Source of the DNA: Octopus sinensis
Taxonomy: Eukaryota
Direction: 5' to 3'
DNA: 64,000 nt
NCBI RefSeq assembly: GCF_006345805.1
Contig: NC_043007.1
Coordinates: 21,080,001-21,144,000, forward strand
The translations under genes were made by a program, and so were the position numbers. Below, one piece after another: positions 13,870 to 27,000 of the stretch; the first letter of the stretch is position 1, and each line of letters begins with the position of its first letter. The notes beneath the pieces were generated by a model. That model saw nothing but the letters and a program-made list of their open reading frames with translations. It was not told where the DNA came from and searched no databases.

Positions 13870-16800
13870 GTGTGTGTGTGTGTGTTTGTGTGTCTGTGTT
13901 TGTCCCCCAAGTATTGCTTGACAACCGATGCTGGTGTGTTTACATCCCCGTCACTTAGCGGTTCGGCAAAAGAGACCGATAGAATAAGCACAAATGTATA
14001 TCATGACTCATACACTGTTCGCTTTTCTGACTTTTGTACATAATTCTATGTACTGTACATGCACCTTTGATGAGTTGTGGTGCAACTGAGGACTATACAC
14101 AATAATTTCATTATATTTATTTAATATCTGCTTATATTAATTATTCATCTTGAATTTCATTCTTTTGTCAGTGAAGTAGTAAAAGAAAATCATCTTGTTT
14201 ATGCTGGTGCTTATTAGCTTGAATGCCATTGTCTCCTAGTGGAGAATTTGGTAATTTAGAGAATCATGAGAAATGCTTTTCTTACAAATCTTATTTATTT
14301 ATTGCAGCGTGGAAGGTGTTTGTAAGCCATTTAAGAAACACACAAAAGCCGTTCGATTCACTTCAACATTTAACATTTAACTTTCTCAGATGCAGCACGG
14401 ATTTTTGTCAGTGAACAGGTCGCGGTCTTAAAGCGACGAAAATATTTTGACAAATTAAACTTAAATGTTGAAGTGAATCGAACGGCTTTTGTGTGTTTCT
14501 TAAATGGCTTACAAACACCTTCCACGCTGCAATTGTTTCTGTTCCAGCACAACGATCTCAGATCAAATCACTTGCTATGCAAGTACATCTCCGTATTTAT
14601 TTATTGTTTTATCTTAAAGTGGGCAATGAATAATTTTTTTTAATACCTAAACAAAATTAAATAATATTAAAAAATAAAAAGCCTCCGATGAACACATAAA
14701 ATGTCGACAGATTTCATCATCATCATCATCATCATTTAGCATCCGTTTTCCATGCTAGCATGGATTGGACGGTTCAACTGGGGTCTGTGAAGCTGGAAGG
14801 CTTCATCAGTCCCAGTCAGAAAATATATAGAAAATTTCTGTTTGCTTTTCTTACAAACCTTATTTATTAATTTTTTTATCTTAAAGCAGGCAATGAATAA
14901 TTTTTTTTAACTACCTAAACAAAATTAGATAATATTAAAAAATAAAAAGCCTCCGATGAACACATAAAATGTCGACAGATTTCATCATCATCATCATCAT
15001 CATCATTTAGCATCCGTTTTCCATGCTAGCATGGATTGGACGGTTCAACTGGGGTCTGTGAAGCTGGAAGGCTTCATCAGTCCCAGTCAGAAAATATATA
15101 GAAAATTTCTGTTTGCTTTTCTTACAAACCTTATTTATTAATTTTTTTATCTTAAAGCAGGCAATGAATAATTTTTTTTAACTACCTAAACAAAATTAGA
15201 TAATATTAAAAAATAAAAAGCCTCCGATGAACACATGTAAAATGTCAACAGATTTATTATATAGAAAACTTTCTGTTTACTTTTCAGATTTGTCTCCACT
15301 AATAAATTTAGAACATCTCATTATACTAAATGTGTCAAACAATCTGATTTACGAACTCTCCAGCTCCTATCTTCCAAACACTCTGAAGCATGCGGATTTC
15401 TCTAGAAATTTGATTGAAGAAATTTGTGACTTCCAGTATCATCCCAAGTTGACATCTCTTTATCTTGATTGTATCCTTTTTCTCTTCAAAGAATTCCTCT
15501 ACTCTATCATCATCATCATCATCATCGTTTAACGTCCGTTTTCCGCGCTAGCACGGGTTGGACAGTTCAACTGGGGATCTGGGAAGCCAGGAGGCTGCAC
15601 CAGGCTCCAATCTTGATCTGGCAGTGTTTCTACAGCTGGATGCCCTTCCTAACGCCAACCACTCCATGAGTGTAGTGGGTGCTTTTTATATGCCACCAGC
15701 ACAGGTGCCAGGGGAGTCTGGTAGCAGCCCCGATCGGTTGGTGCTTTTTACGTGCCATAATGGCTTCAAATTTTGGCACAAGGTCAGCAGTTTTGGGGAA
15801 GTGGGAAAGTCAATTACATTGACCCCAGTGCGTAACTGGTACTTATTTTATCGACCCCAAAAACCTGAATGACAAAGTCAACCTCGGTGGAATTTTGAAC
15901 TCAGAATGTAAAAGCACAAGGCCTGGGATTTGGTGGGGAAGGAGATAGTTGATTTCATTGACCACAATACTCAACTGGTACTTATTTTATCAACCTCAAA
16001 AGGAGGAAAGGCTATGTTGACCTTGGTGGAATTTGAACTCAGAACGTAGCAACGGGCAAAATACTGCTATGCATTTTGCCCGGCATGCTAACAATTCTGC
16101 CAGCTTGCCACTTTAATACTAATATTAATACTAATAATACTATTACTAATAAGCCTTTCTACTATAGGCACAAGGCCTGAAACTTTAGGAGAGGGGGCTA
16201 ATCAATTACATCAACCCCAGTGCTCAACTGGTACTTAATTTATTGACCCCCAAAAGGATGAAAGGCAAAGTCAACCTCGGTGGAATTTGAACTCAGAACG
16301 TAAAAGCAGAGAAAATCCTTTCTACTAAAGGCACAATGCCTGGAATTTGGGGCCAAGGGGATAGTTGATTACATCGACCACAATACTCAACTGGTACTTA
16401 TTTTATATTTTTCTAAAAAAAACCATATATATGTTTTTTTTTCCTCAACCTAAAACTAGATAACAAAATAAAACGCATCAAAGGTCTGCATCAGTGTGAA
16501 CGTCTCCATTCATTAAGTCTTGCCTACAATATGATTTCACGGATTGAGAACCTTGAGTGTTTGCCTTTGCAATATTTAAATCTGGTAATGTATAAGTTAG
16601 AAGTACAATATTGTTCTGACTTTAATTTCCTTCTTATTTCTTTATTGCTCACAAGGGGATAAACACAAAGGGGACAAACAAGGACAGACAAACGGATTAA
16701 GTCAATTACATCAATCCCAGTACTGGTACTTAATTTATCGACACCGAAAGGATGACAGGCAAAGTTGACCTCGGCGGAATTTGAACTCAGAACGCAGCGG

Positions 16801-18963
16801 CAGACAAAATACCTATTTCTTTACTACCCACAAGGGGTTAAACACAAAGGGGACAAACAAGGACAGACAAACGGATTAAGTCGATTACATCGACCCCAGT
16901 GCGTAAATGGTACTTAATTTATCGACCCCGAAAGGATGAAAGGCAAAGACGACCTCGGTGGAATTTGAACTCAGAACACAGCGGCGGACGAAATACCACA
17001 AAGCATTTCGCCTGGCATGCTAACGTTTCTTATTTCTTTATTGCCCACAAGGGGCTAAACATAGAGGGGACAAACAAGGACAGACAAATGGATTAAGTCA
17101 ATTACATCGACTCCAGTGCATAACTGGTACTTAATTTATCAACCCCGAAAGGATGAAAGGCAAAGTCGACCTCAGCAGAATTTGAACTCAGAATGCATCA
17201 GCGGACGAAATACCACTTAGCATTTTGCCTGGCATGCTAACGTTTCTGCCAGCTCACCGACTTTTATTTCCTTCTAGTATCAGTACAGCATTTGAAATGT
17301 CAGCTGTTAAAATGAGATTGACAAAAGAGTTAAAAGCATTGTATCTTGCTTGAAGCATTGTGATAAAGAAGTAAAATAACAAAATAATACAGCTGTTGAG
17401 CTTCTTAAATTTTGAAAAGGAAAAAGTTTAATGACGTTTATATATTTCAGTGGAGTGAAGGTGCATGGCCTTGTGGTTAGGGTGTTGGTCTCATGATTAC
17501 AAGATTGTGGTTTCAATACTTGAACCAGGCAGTGCATTGTGTTCCAGAACAAAACACTTCATTCCATGTTGCTCAAGTTCACTCAGCTGTAAATGAGCAA
17601 CCTTGTGATGAACTCAGAGCCATGTAAATGCATGGGCACATTGGATGGTTGCCCAGGGACTTCACCAGTCTGGGGGCCTAATACTGATTTGGGCCACATT
17701 GGATGGTTGACCAGGGGTTTTACAGATCTAGGGGCCTAATTCTGATCTTTGTATATTGTTGCATACTGTCAATAAAAAATACTATAGGGCCTAGGGCATT
17801 GACTTGTCCAGGGGCCTCGATGGTGTACGGGTCCAGTTCTGATTTGGTCCACATTGGGTGGTTGCCCAGGGACTTCACAAGTCTAGTGGCCTAATTCTGA
17901 TCTATGTATATTGTTGCATGCTGGTTGGGTTTCGAATTCTGGCACAAGGCCAGCAACTTCGGCAGAGAGAATAAGTTAATTGCATCAACCTCAAAGCTCA
18001 ACTGGTACTTATTTCAGCGACCCCACTCCAAAGGGACAAAAAGTAAATTTGACCTTGATAGAATTTGAACTCTGAACATAAAGATGGACAAAATACCGCT
18101 AAGCACTTTGCTCAACATGCCAACGATTCTGCCAGCTCACCGCCTCCCACTGGCCCAATATTGAGCTTTGTTTTCTCTGCAAATTTACGAGTAACAGGTT
18201 TCAGAACATTAAAACATAAAGAAAATGATGACTTATCTCTTTTCTAAAAGAACAAGTGTAAGATGGGAAATATTGCTAGTGAAGATATGTTACTTAAAAT
18301 AATGGGGGGGGGGTTAGGTTGGTTTTTTTTTCCAAAACATTTTCAATCTATAGCAATCTTTATATATAAAAGTCAAGTTGTATGTCTGTCTCCTACGATT
18401 TAGATTCCTAACTACTCCCACATTTTGCGGTGCAGTTTAACCAAAACCGGGTATCTTATAGCCGTGATTCATATCGAGCCCTTCTGGGTATTAGCATGAG
18501 TCTACGATTAAAAAAAAAATTTACCATCATTTTTTTCCATTTTAATGCATTTTTTTCGCTATTATATAAGGGAAGTAACTCTCTAAAAATGTCTACGATG
18601 AGTCAACGATTTAAAAAAAAATTTACCATCATTTTTTTTCCATTATTAATGCATTTTTTGGCTATTTTTTGGCTATAACTCTCTAAAAATGCTTATATAG
18701 TTATTTCCCTTACAAACCCGAGCAACGCCGGGCGATACTGCTAGTTTATTATAAAAAAGAAACCAAAAACAAAAACTCGTATTGATTTTTTTTCCTTTCT
18801 TTTCTCAATAGTCTCACAACTATCTGACAAAAATTGAAAACTTGGAAACTCTTGTCAATTTAAGGGTGAGCTATAAACATATAATTAATTGGTTCTTTTT
18901 GTATGTGTGTGTGTGTGATGTAGAAGAATCAACTGCTTTTATCAAAGTGAGAATGATATATAA

Positions 18964-19003
<40 letters not shown>

Positions 19004-19730
19004 ACCATCATTTAATGTCTGCTATCCCACGCTTGCATAGATCAAACAGAATTTGTTAATGCAGATTTTCTACAGCTGGATGCCCTTCCCATTGCCAACC
19101 CTTAACTGTTTCCAAATAAGGTAATATTTTCCAGTGGCTAGACATGTTTTTCATGGAAAACTGAAAATTAACAACCTTGCTTGTATTATTATTATTATTT
19201 TATCGTTGACTTTTGCCTTGCATTTGTACAAGTTGGCTCCAAGTCTCATCCAGAGACCTCAAGAAACAACAAGTTGAAAGTTCATGTTGGTGTTATGCCT
19301 AGGGTGCCATATATTTTGGTTTTGTACTTAGTGTTGTTCTAGAGAATGTTTAAGAAACCATAAGAAAATTGTGTTTCTTTTAAAACTTGAGATTACATAG
19401 AAAGTATTTTGCGTAGGATTCATCATCATCATCATCATCATTTAGCGTCCGATTTCCATGCTGGCATGGGTTGGACGGTTCAACTGGGGTCTGGGAAGCC
19501 AGAAGGCTGCAGCAGGCCCAGTCTGATCTGGCAAAGTTTCTACGGCTGGATGCCCTTCCTAACGCCAACCACTCCGTGAGTGTAGTGGGTGCTTTTTACG
19601 TGCCACCGACACAGGTGCCAGACGAGGCTGCCAAACGACCACGATAGGATTGTTATTATTATTATTATTATTACTTCTACTACTACTATTACTATTATTA
19701 TTGTTATTACTATTATTATTATTATTATTA

Positions 19731-19763
<33 letters not shown>

Positions 19764-20005
19764 CATTATTATTGTTATTATTATTATCATTATCATTACT
19801 ATTATTATTGTTATTATTATTACTGTTATTATTATTATTATTATTATTATACTTCTACTACTACTATTACTATTATTATTGTTATTACTATTATTATTAC
19901 TATTGTTATTATTATTACTATTATTATTGTTATTATTATTATTATCATTATTATTGTTATTATTATTATCATTATCATTACTATTATTATTGTTATTATT
20001 ATTAC

Positions 20006-20041
<36 letters not shown>

Positions 20042-20804
20042 TACTACTACTACTACTACTACTACTATTATTATTATTATTATGACGATGACAATGTCAA
20101 CGACAAGGATGATTGTTTGCAGCCATCACATGATATCAAGACGAGAGTACACACAAGCACACACATAATTATATACACACACACATGCAAGAAAAAGAGA
20201 TGACTAAGGAATAACTGATTATCTTATGAACTGCATTAGCTTGCAGCTGTTTCTGCTATAAGACGCAGTAGACTCATAGTTCAGTGCCTGAATAACTCTC
20301 TATAGCTTCATCAGAGCCTTAAATACGAAGTGAAATTTCACTTCATATTTAACCCTTTCATTACCAACCTGGCCGATACTGGCTCTGTAGTACAAATGTC
20401 TTGTTTTCATAAGTTCTGAATAAAAAAACTTCCACCAAACCACATATATATATATGTGGCGCATGGCTCAGTGGTTAGAGCGTCGAGCTTACGATCGTGA
20501 GGTTGTGAGCTCGAATCCCGGACCGGGCTGCGTGTTGTGTTCTCGAGCAAGGCACTTTATTTCACGTTGCTCCAGTTCACTCAGCTGTAGAAATGAGTTG
20601 CGACGTCACTGGTGCCAAGCTGTATCGACCTTTGTCTTCCCTTGGATAACACTGGTGTCGTGGAGAGGGGAGGCTGGTATGCATGGGCGACTGCTGGCCT
20701 TCCATAAACAACCTTGCCCGGACTTGTGTCTAGGAGGGTAACTTTCTAGGTGCAATCCCATGGTCATTCATGACCGAAGGGGGTCTTTACTTACTTACTT
20801 TTAT

Positions 20805-20838
<34 letters not shown>

Positions 20839-20942
20839 CCACATATATATATATTATATATATATATATGTATATGTATATATATATGTATATGTATGTA
20901 TATATATATATATATAATATATATATATATGTATATATATAT

Positions 20943-20992
<50 letters not shown>

Positions 20993-21012
20993 GTATATAT
21001 GTATATATATAT

Positions 21013-21063
<51 letters not shown>

Positions 21064-24000
21064 ATGTTTTCCTTTCACCGCTGATGCTTCTCAACTTGTT
21101 TGTTTCCATAGCTGCTCTCTAGCGAAGCAGTTCCTTCCTTCACCATAAAAAAACATCCAGTCCACTCTAGAAAGTGGTGGATGTTTGGAAAGACGTCCCG
21201 CCATTAAAAAAAAATACCAAAGCAGGTTTCACCAGTGCTATGTAAAAAGCATCCAACCCACTCTTCAAAGTGGTTGGCATTTGGAAGGACATGCAGCTGT
21301 AAAAACTATGCCAAAACAGATAGTGGTGCTTGGCAGAGTTCTCTGGCTTAACAGTTTCTGGCAAACCATCCAACCCATGCCAGAAAACATAAATCCAGTG
21401 AGGAAGCACACTCTAAGATGTAGAGCAGTATATATTAAAAATGGGGAATGCCAGTTTATGGGATCACCCTAGGTTTCCCCTCCATGAAGGGTTTAACCCT
21501 TTAGTATTTGCATTATTCTATCAAAAGTAATGTTTATTTATTCACATTTAAATTAATCCTGCATTATCTTGTAGCTATGAGATTTTGATGAAGATTTTTA
21601 GAATGATATAGTAGGGCTGGTGTGAAAGACCAGATCTGGTCAATTTGAACATAAAACAGGGGAGAATATTTTGGCCGGATATGGCCGGTTTAAATGCTAA
21701 AGGGTTAACTTGATGGTGTATCGTCTGACTCCAAAACCTGTTAGCCTAAGACCTCTTCAAAATATCTACTTTGAAGAGGTCCTAGGCCAACAGGTTTTGG
21801 GATCTGATGGGAAACCCATAAACCCCATAAACTGGCCTTCAGTAATCTGAATACCATTGGGTTAATACATGAATTCTATGTAAAATCATATATTTTTGTG
21901 TCTTTACGTTGACAGGAAGTGAATCTCTCTAGCAACAGTATATCCAGTTTGAATGGTCTGAAAGGACACCATGTTCTTGAAGTTATAAATGTGAATAACA
22001 ACAAGGTAACCCATTATATTGATTTCTTTTGACTAAAAATCTTATCTGTTTGGAGTACAAGCTTTTTGGCTGAATCGATTTCTATATCTCATTGAGCACT
22101 TACATTTTATTTACCTTCAGTTATAAAAGGCAATATTATCTCTCTATATATATAAAGCTGAAGTTGTCTGTGTGTGTGTGGCAGGTTTGGTAGCCTTCAA
22201 CTAACACTATCTCCTCCGAGACCCTGCGGCACAAGTTGACCAAAATTGAGAGTATGATAGAAGAAGGCTTGCTCTTCCTTCCGTAGAAGAAAAAATTCAA
22301 ATTGGACCATGTTAAGACCAAAAATTATTTACACCAAAAAGGTGCTTTTTTTCTGTGAAAATCCCTATTCTTTACGATTCTTTGACTGCTGTGTTGCCAT
22401 TTTTCGGTGTATTTCAACCAGAAAAATGTTCACTTAAAGAGAATAACAAGCTACATAATGCAAAATTTTTACTTTTCAAAAATTCCAATTCTAAAGGGTC
22501 GAAACAAACCCGAGCAACGCCAGGCAATACTGTTAGTACTAGTAAAAGTTGCTTGAAATTCATCATCATCATCATCATTTAATGCCCATCTTCTATCCTG
22601 GCATGGGTTGGATGGTTTGGTAGGAGCTGTTAGGCCAGAGGGATCTCTACCAAGCTCCACTATCTGTTTTGGCATGGTTTTTACAGCTGGATGTCCTTCC
22701 AAATGCCAACCACTTTAAAGAGTAGATTGGGATGTTTTTTACATCATCAAAATCAAAGCATGGAAAACAGACACTAAATTATGATGATGAGGATGTTCTT
22801 TGATTCTTTTACTTTTGGGGAATCCTATGGGACAACCTAGATGAGATGAGATTTACTTGTTTCAATCATTTTGACTGTGGCCATGCTGGGGCACTACCTT
22901 TAGTTGAGCAAATCAACTCCAGGACTTATTCTTTGTAATCCTAGTACTTATTCCATCGGTTTCTTTTGCCAAACTGCTAAGATACAGGGATGTAAATGCA
23001 CCAGCATTGGTTGTCAAGCGATGTTGGTGGGTGGGGACAACCCCCCTCACAAACACACACGTATATTTATATACATGTATACGACTGGCTTCTTTCAGTT
23101 TTTGTCTCCCAAATCCACTCACAAGGCTTTGGTCAGCCCAAGGCTATAGTAAAAGACATGCAGTGGGACTGAACCTGGAACCATGTGGTTGGTAAGTAAG
23201 CTACATACCACACAGCCACTCCTGTGCCTGACAGACTTTTCCAGTTTCTCTCTACCAAATCCACTCACTAACCTTTGGTCAGCTTGGGATGGCTATACCA
23301 GAAGACACTTTCCCAAGGTACCATACAGTTGGACTGAACCTGAGACCACGTGATTAAGGAACAAGCTTTTTAACCACAAGCCATATCTGTGTACATATAT
23401 ATTTCTTTATTGCCCACAAGGGACTAAACATAGAGGGGACAAACAAGGACAAACAAACGGATTAAGTCGATTACATCGACCCCAGTGCATAACTGGTACT
23501 TTATTTATCGACCCCGAAAGGATGAAAGGTAAAGTCAACCTCGGTGGAATTTGAACTTTGAACGTAGTGACAGATGAAATACTGCTAAGCATTTCGCCTG
23601 GCGTGCTAACGTTTCTGCCCACTCACTGCCTTATAATCTGCCAGCCCACTGCCTTATAATCTGCTCGCTCGCCACCTTATAATCTACCAGCTTGCCGCCT
23701 TATAATCTGCCAGCTCGCCACCTTATAATCTGCCAGCTTGCTGCATTATATATCTGTGTACATATAAAAGCTAATGAAAGTAACCATCTCTACTGTTTGT
23801 GTTTGTGACCTTAGTGTACCATCTTCTTTCCAGATAAAATCCATTGATGAAATCTTACATATAAATGGCCTTCCGTTGCTTCGCATTTTTACCATTCTTA
23901 AAAATCCAATTGAAGATGTTCCAAACTGTAGTAAGATCATCTTATTTCATATCCAACGACTCCTGGAACTAAATGGCTCTCCAGTTTCTATCCATGATAA

Positions 24001-27000
24001 AGTAAGTTGACATTCATTTCAACATTTCTTTTTAAGTTCATGTTATTAACACCATAACAAGGATGACCTCTAAAATCCAATACTCTCTTCATCATCATCA
24101 TCATCATCATTTAACGTCCGTTTTCCATGCTAGCATGGGTTGGACGATTTGACTGAGGACAAGTGAACCAGATGGCTGCATCAGGCTCCAATCTGATCTG
24201 GCAGAGTTTCTACAGCTGGATGACCTTCCTAATGCCAACCACTCCGACAGTGTAGTGGGTGCTTTTACATGCCACTGGCACAGGGGCCAGTCAGTACTGG
24301 CAATGACCTTACTCGAATGTTTTACACATGCCACAAGCACAGGTGCCAGTAAGGTGATGCTGGTAACGATCATGCTCAAATGGTGTCTTTTACGTGCCAC
24401 CGGCATGGAGGCCAGATAGCCGCTCTGGCAATGATCACACTCAGATGGTGCTCTTAATACCCTACTAGCACGGGGCTCAAGTGCCAGTAAGGCGATACTG
24501 GTAATGATCACGCTTGAATGGTGCCTTTTAAGTGCCACTGGCACTGAAGCTGGTTAGCCGCTCTGTCAATGATCACACTCGTATGGTGCTCTTTGCACCC
24601 TGCTAGCACAGACGCCAGTCATCGAATTTGATTTTGATTTCACTTGCCTCAACAGGTCTTCGCAAGCAGAGTTTTAGTGTCCAAAGAAGGAAAAGGTATG
24701 CATAAGTGGGCTGATTACGCCCTTGGCATAGGCCATGAGATTATGGTCTCATTTGGCTTGCCGGATCTCTTATATATAAACTAACACTATGACCCGGCAA
24801 CGCTGAGTCATTCAATTGGCGTATCAAGTTTCGGGCATTTTGATTGGGTTTTGGATAGAAAATTCACAAAAAAGTCACTTCTATTGATTTTTCAATGGCT
24901 TTACGGGGTGACTGGGGAAATGTAAAGATGTGCACGACCACCCTCGGACGGTTTTGAATGACCATAGAAAGTGCGAGCCCTCTAACTGAAAAATTGTGGA
25001 TTTGTATAAAGGACACACACACACAGACATCTTGCCATTTACATATAGAGAGATACATGTACACATCCTTGTATGTTTGAAGTTAAACTAGAAATGGCCG
25101 AACGTCTTGCTCACTGAAATTGCATTTAGATATGATAAAATTAACACAATGACTCGTTTTTCAGGTGGAAGCAACCAATATGTTTTCTCCTTCTCTTGAA
25201 GTTGTTACCAGCAATTCCCATATGATACACACTATGTATGCATTTCTGGCTTCAAATAAAATCCGCAACATGTAAGTGAATTCAACATCTTTAATTCATA
25301 CCATTTCTTGGTCACAATAATAGTAATATTCATCATATTTCAATTCTATATTTAAGAGATGAGGAATTATGTACATTATTTACATTATTTACATTTAACG
25401 GATATTTGTCCTCATCTTGTTTGTTGTTAACACAATGTTTCGGCTGATATACCCTCCAGCCTTCATCAGGTGTCTTGGGGAAATTTCAAACCTGGGTTCT
25501 CATTCCTAAGGCATTTTTCGTTGTTGTTGTTGTACCAGTTACACACTGGGGTCGATATAATCGACTTAATCCATTTGTCTGTCCTTGTTTGTCCTCTCTG
25601 TGTTTAGCCCCTTGTGGGTAATAAAAGAAAGAACTAAAGTAAGAAAACTTTCAAATGAGTCACACATTTTGATCATTGGAAACTTAGCACCATTTTGTCA
25701 CTTAACACTATTTAATCTATTAAAATCCAATTTTAATATTGATTTACAGAACACTTGCCAATATCAAAGAGCATTACCCTATAATAGTATTGGTAGGGCC
25801 TGAAGGAAGTGGAAACAGATTGCTTGCTATGAGGCTAGCAGATGATTTTCCAAATCACTTAGGATTTGGGTAAGTTGTTTATATTCCTTTGACCTTTCTT
25901 AATATTATTGACAGTGGAGATGGCCACATCAACAGAAAATTGAACGGCATAATTTATTCTGTTTTAGAGCTGTAACTTGTCTGGCAAGTTACATCTGTTG
26001 AACATAGAGTTCCGCGTTCACTGTTTGGTTCCGTTCAAGTAATTCGTAATGGTTAATCCCTTCCCAGTCCCACCATACGCACAACATCGTTTTACGTGGA
26101 TGAAGATCTTGTTTCACGCATGGTGTCACTTGTTTACCGTGGCTAAGCCATTCCTTACGCTGCTTCATATTGATGTACAGGCACCATTTCTCGTCGCCAG
26201 TAACGATTCGGTAAAGGAATCGTTGCTTGTGTCCGTGAGTTGAGTGGTGACGAGCAAGCAAACTAGGCGAGATTGTGGCTCATTGATTTTTGTTGTTGTC
26301 ACTTAAGGCATGCAGAACCCATGCTCCATACTATAGCTGTGTAGGAGCATTCCATTTTCTCTGCCAGTTCCCTTGTCGTTTGACAAGAATTTTCGTGCAA
26401 AAGTTGGTTTAATCGCTCTCCATTGAACTCAATTGGATGGCCAGAATGAGGTGCGTCTTTAAGGTCAAAATTTCCATTTTTTAACTTGGCATACCAATCA
26501 CGAGTGGTTCTTTCAGCTATGGAACACTCTCGATACACAGCACAAATATCCGAGAAACTTTTGCAGCCTTAGAACCTTGATTAAAAGCAAAAAGAAGTAG
26601 TCAAAAATGCTCGTTTTTCTTAACTTGATATTCCATTTTAATGATCTGAAAATAAACAAAAATTAAATAAATTAACTAGAAAAAAACAAATGATTCAAAA
26701 ATAGAATTCTTGAAAAAAATAGGTTCCAAAATTTAAAAACACAATAAATTCCAAAATTTAAAAACCGACAGGAACTTAGTTGCCAGCCTCATATATAGAT
26801 GTCAATTTTCCACTTTACAAATTCATTCACAAGGCTTTGGTCAACCCAGGCCTAGACATTGGGTTCCACACAATGGGACTGAACCCTAAACTAACGGGTC
26901 ATAAAGCAAGCTTCTTAACTACATAACCAGGTTTGTGCTTTATGTATGTGTGTCTCCTTGTTTTTTTGGGGAGGGGGTTCTGAATTATTTCTGAATTATT

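Noticed and set aside
14682-14715. CCGATGAACACATAAAATGTCGACAG hammerhead-like remnant (and GAAACGGCTGTAAGCC at about 47697-47717, minus strand)
   Set aside because: GAAA core or CUGAUGA half missing; too decayed to call
19589-21122. Long poly-Leu/Tyr/Ile and YIYI ORFs (also 11432-11751, 44305-44654, 63161-63499)
   Set aside because: Translations of microsatellites
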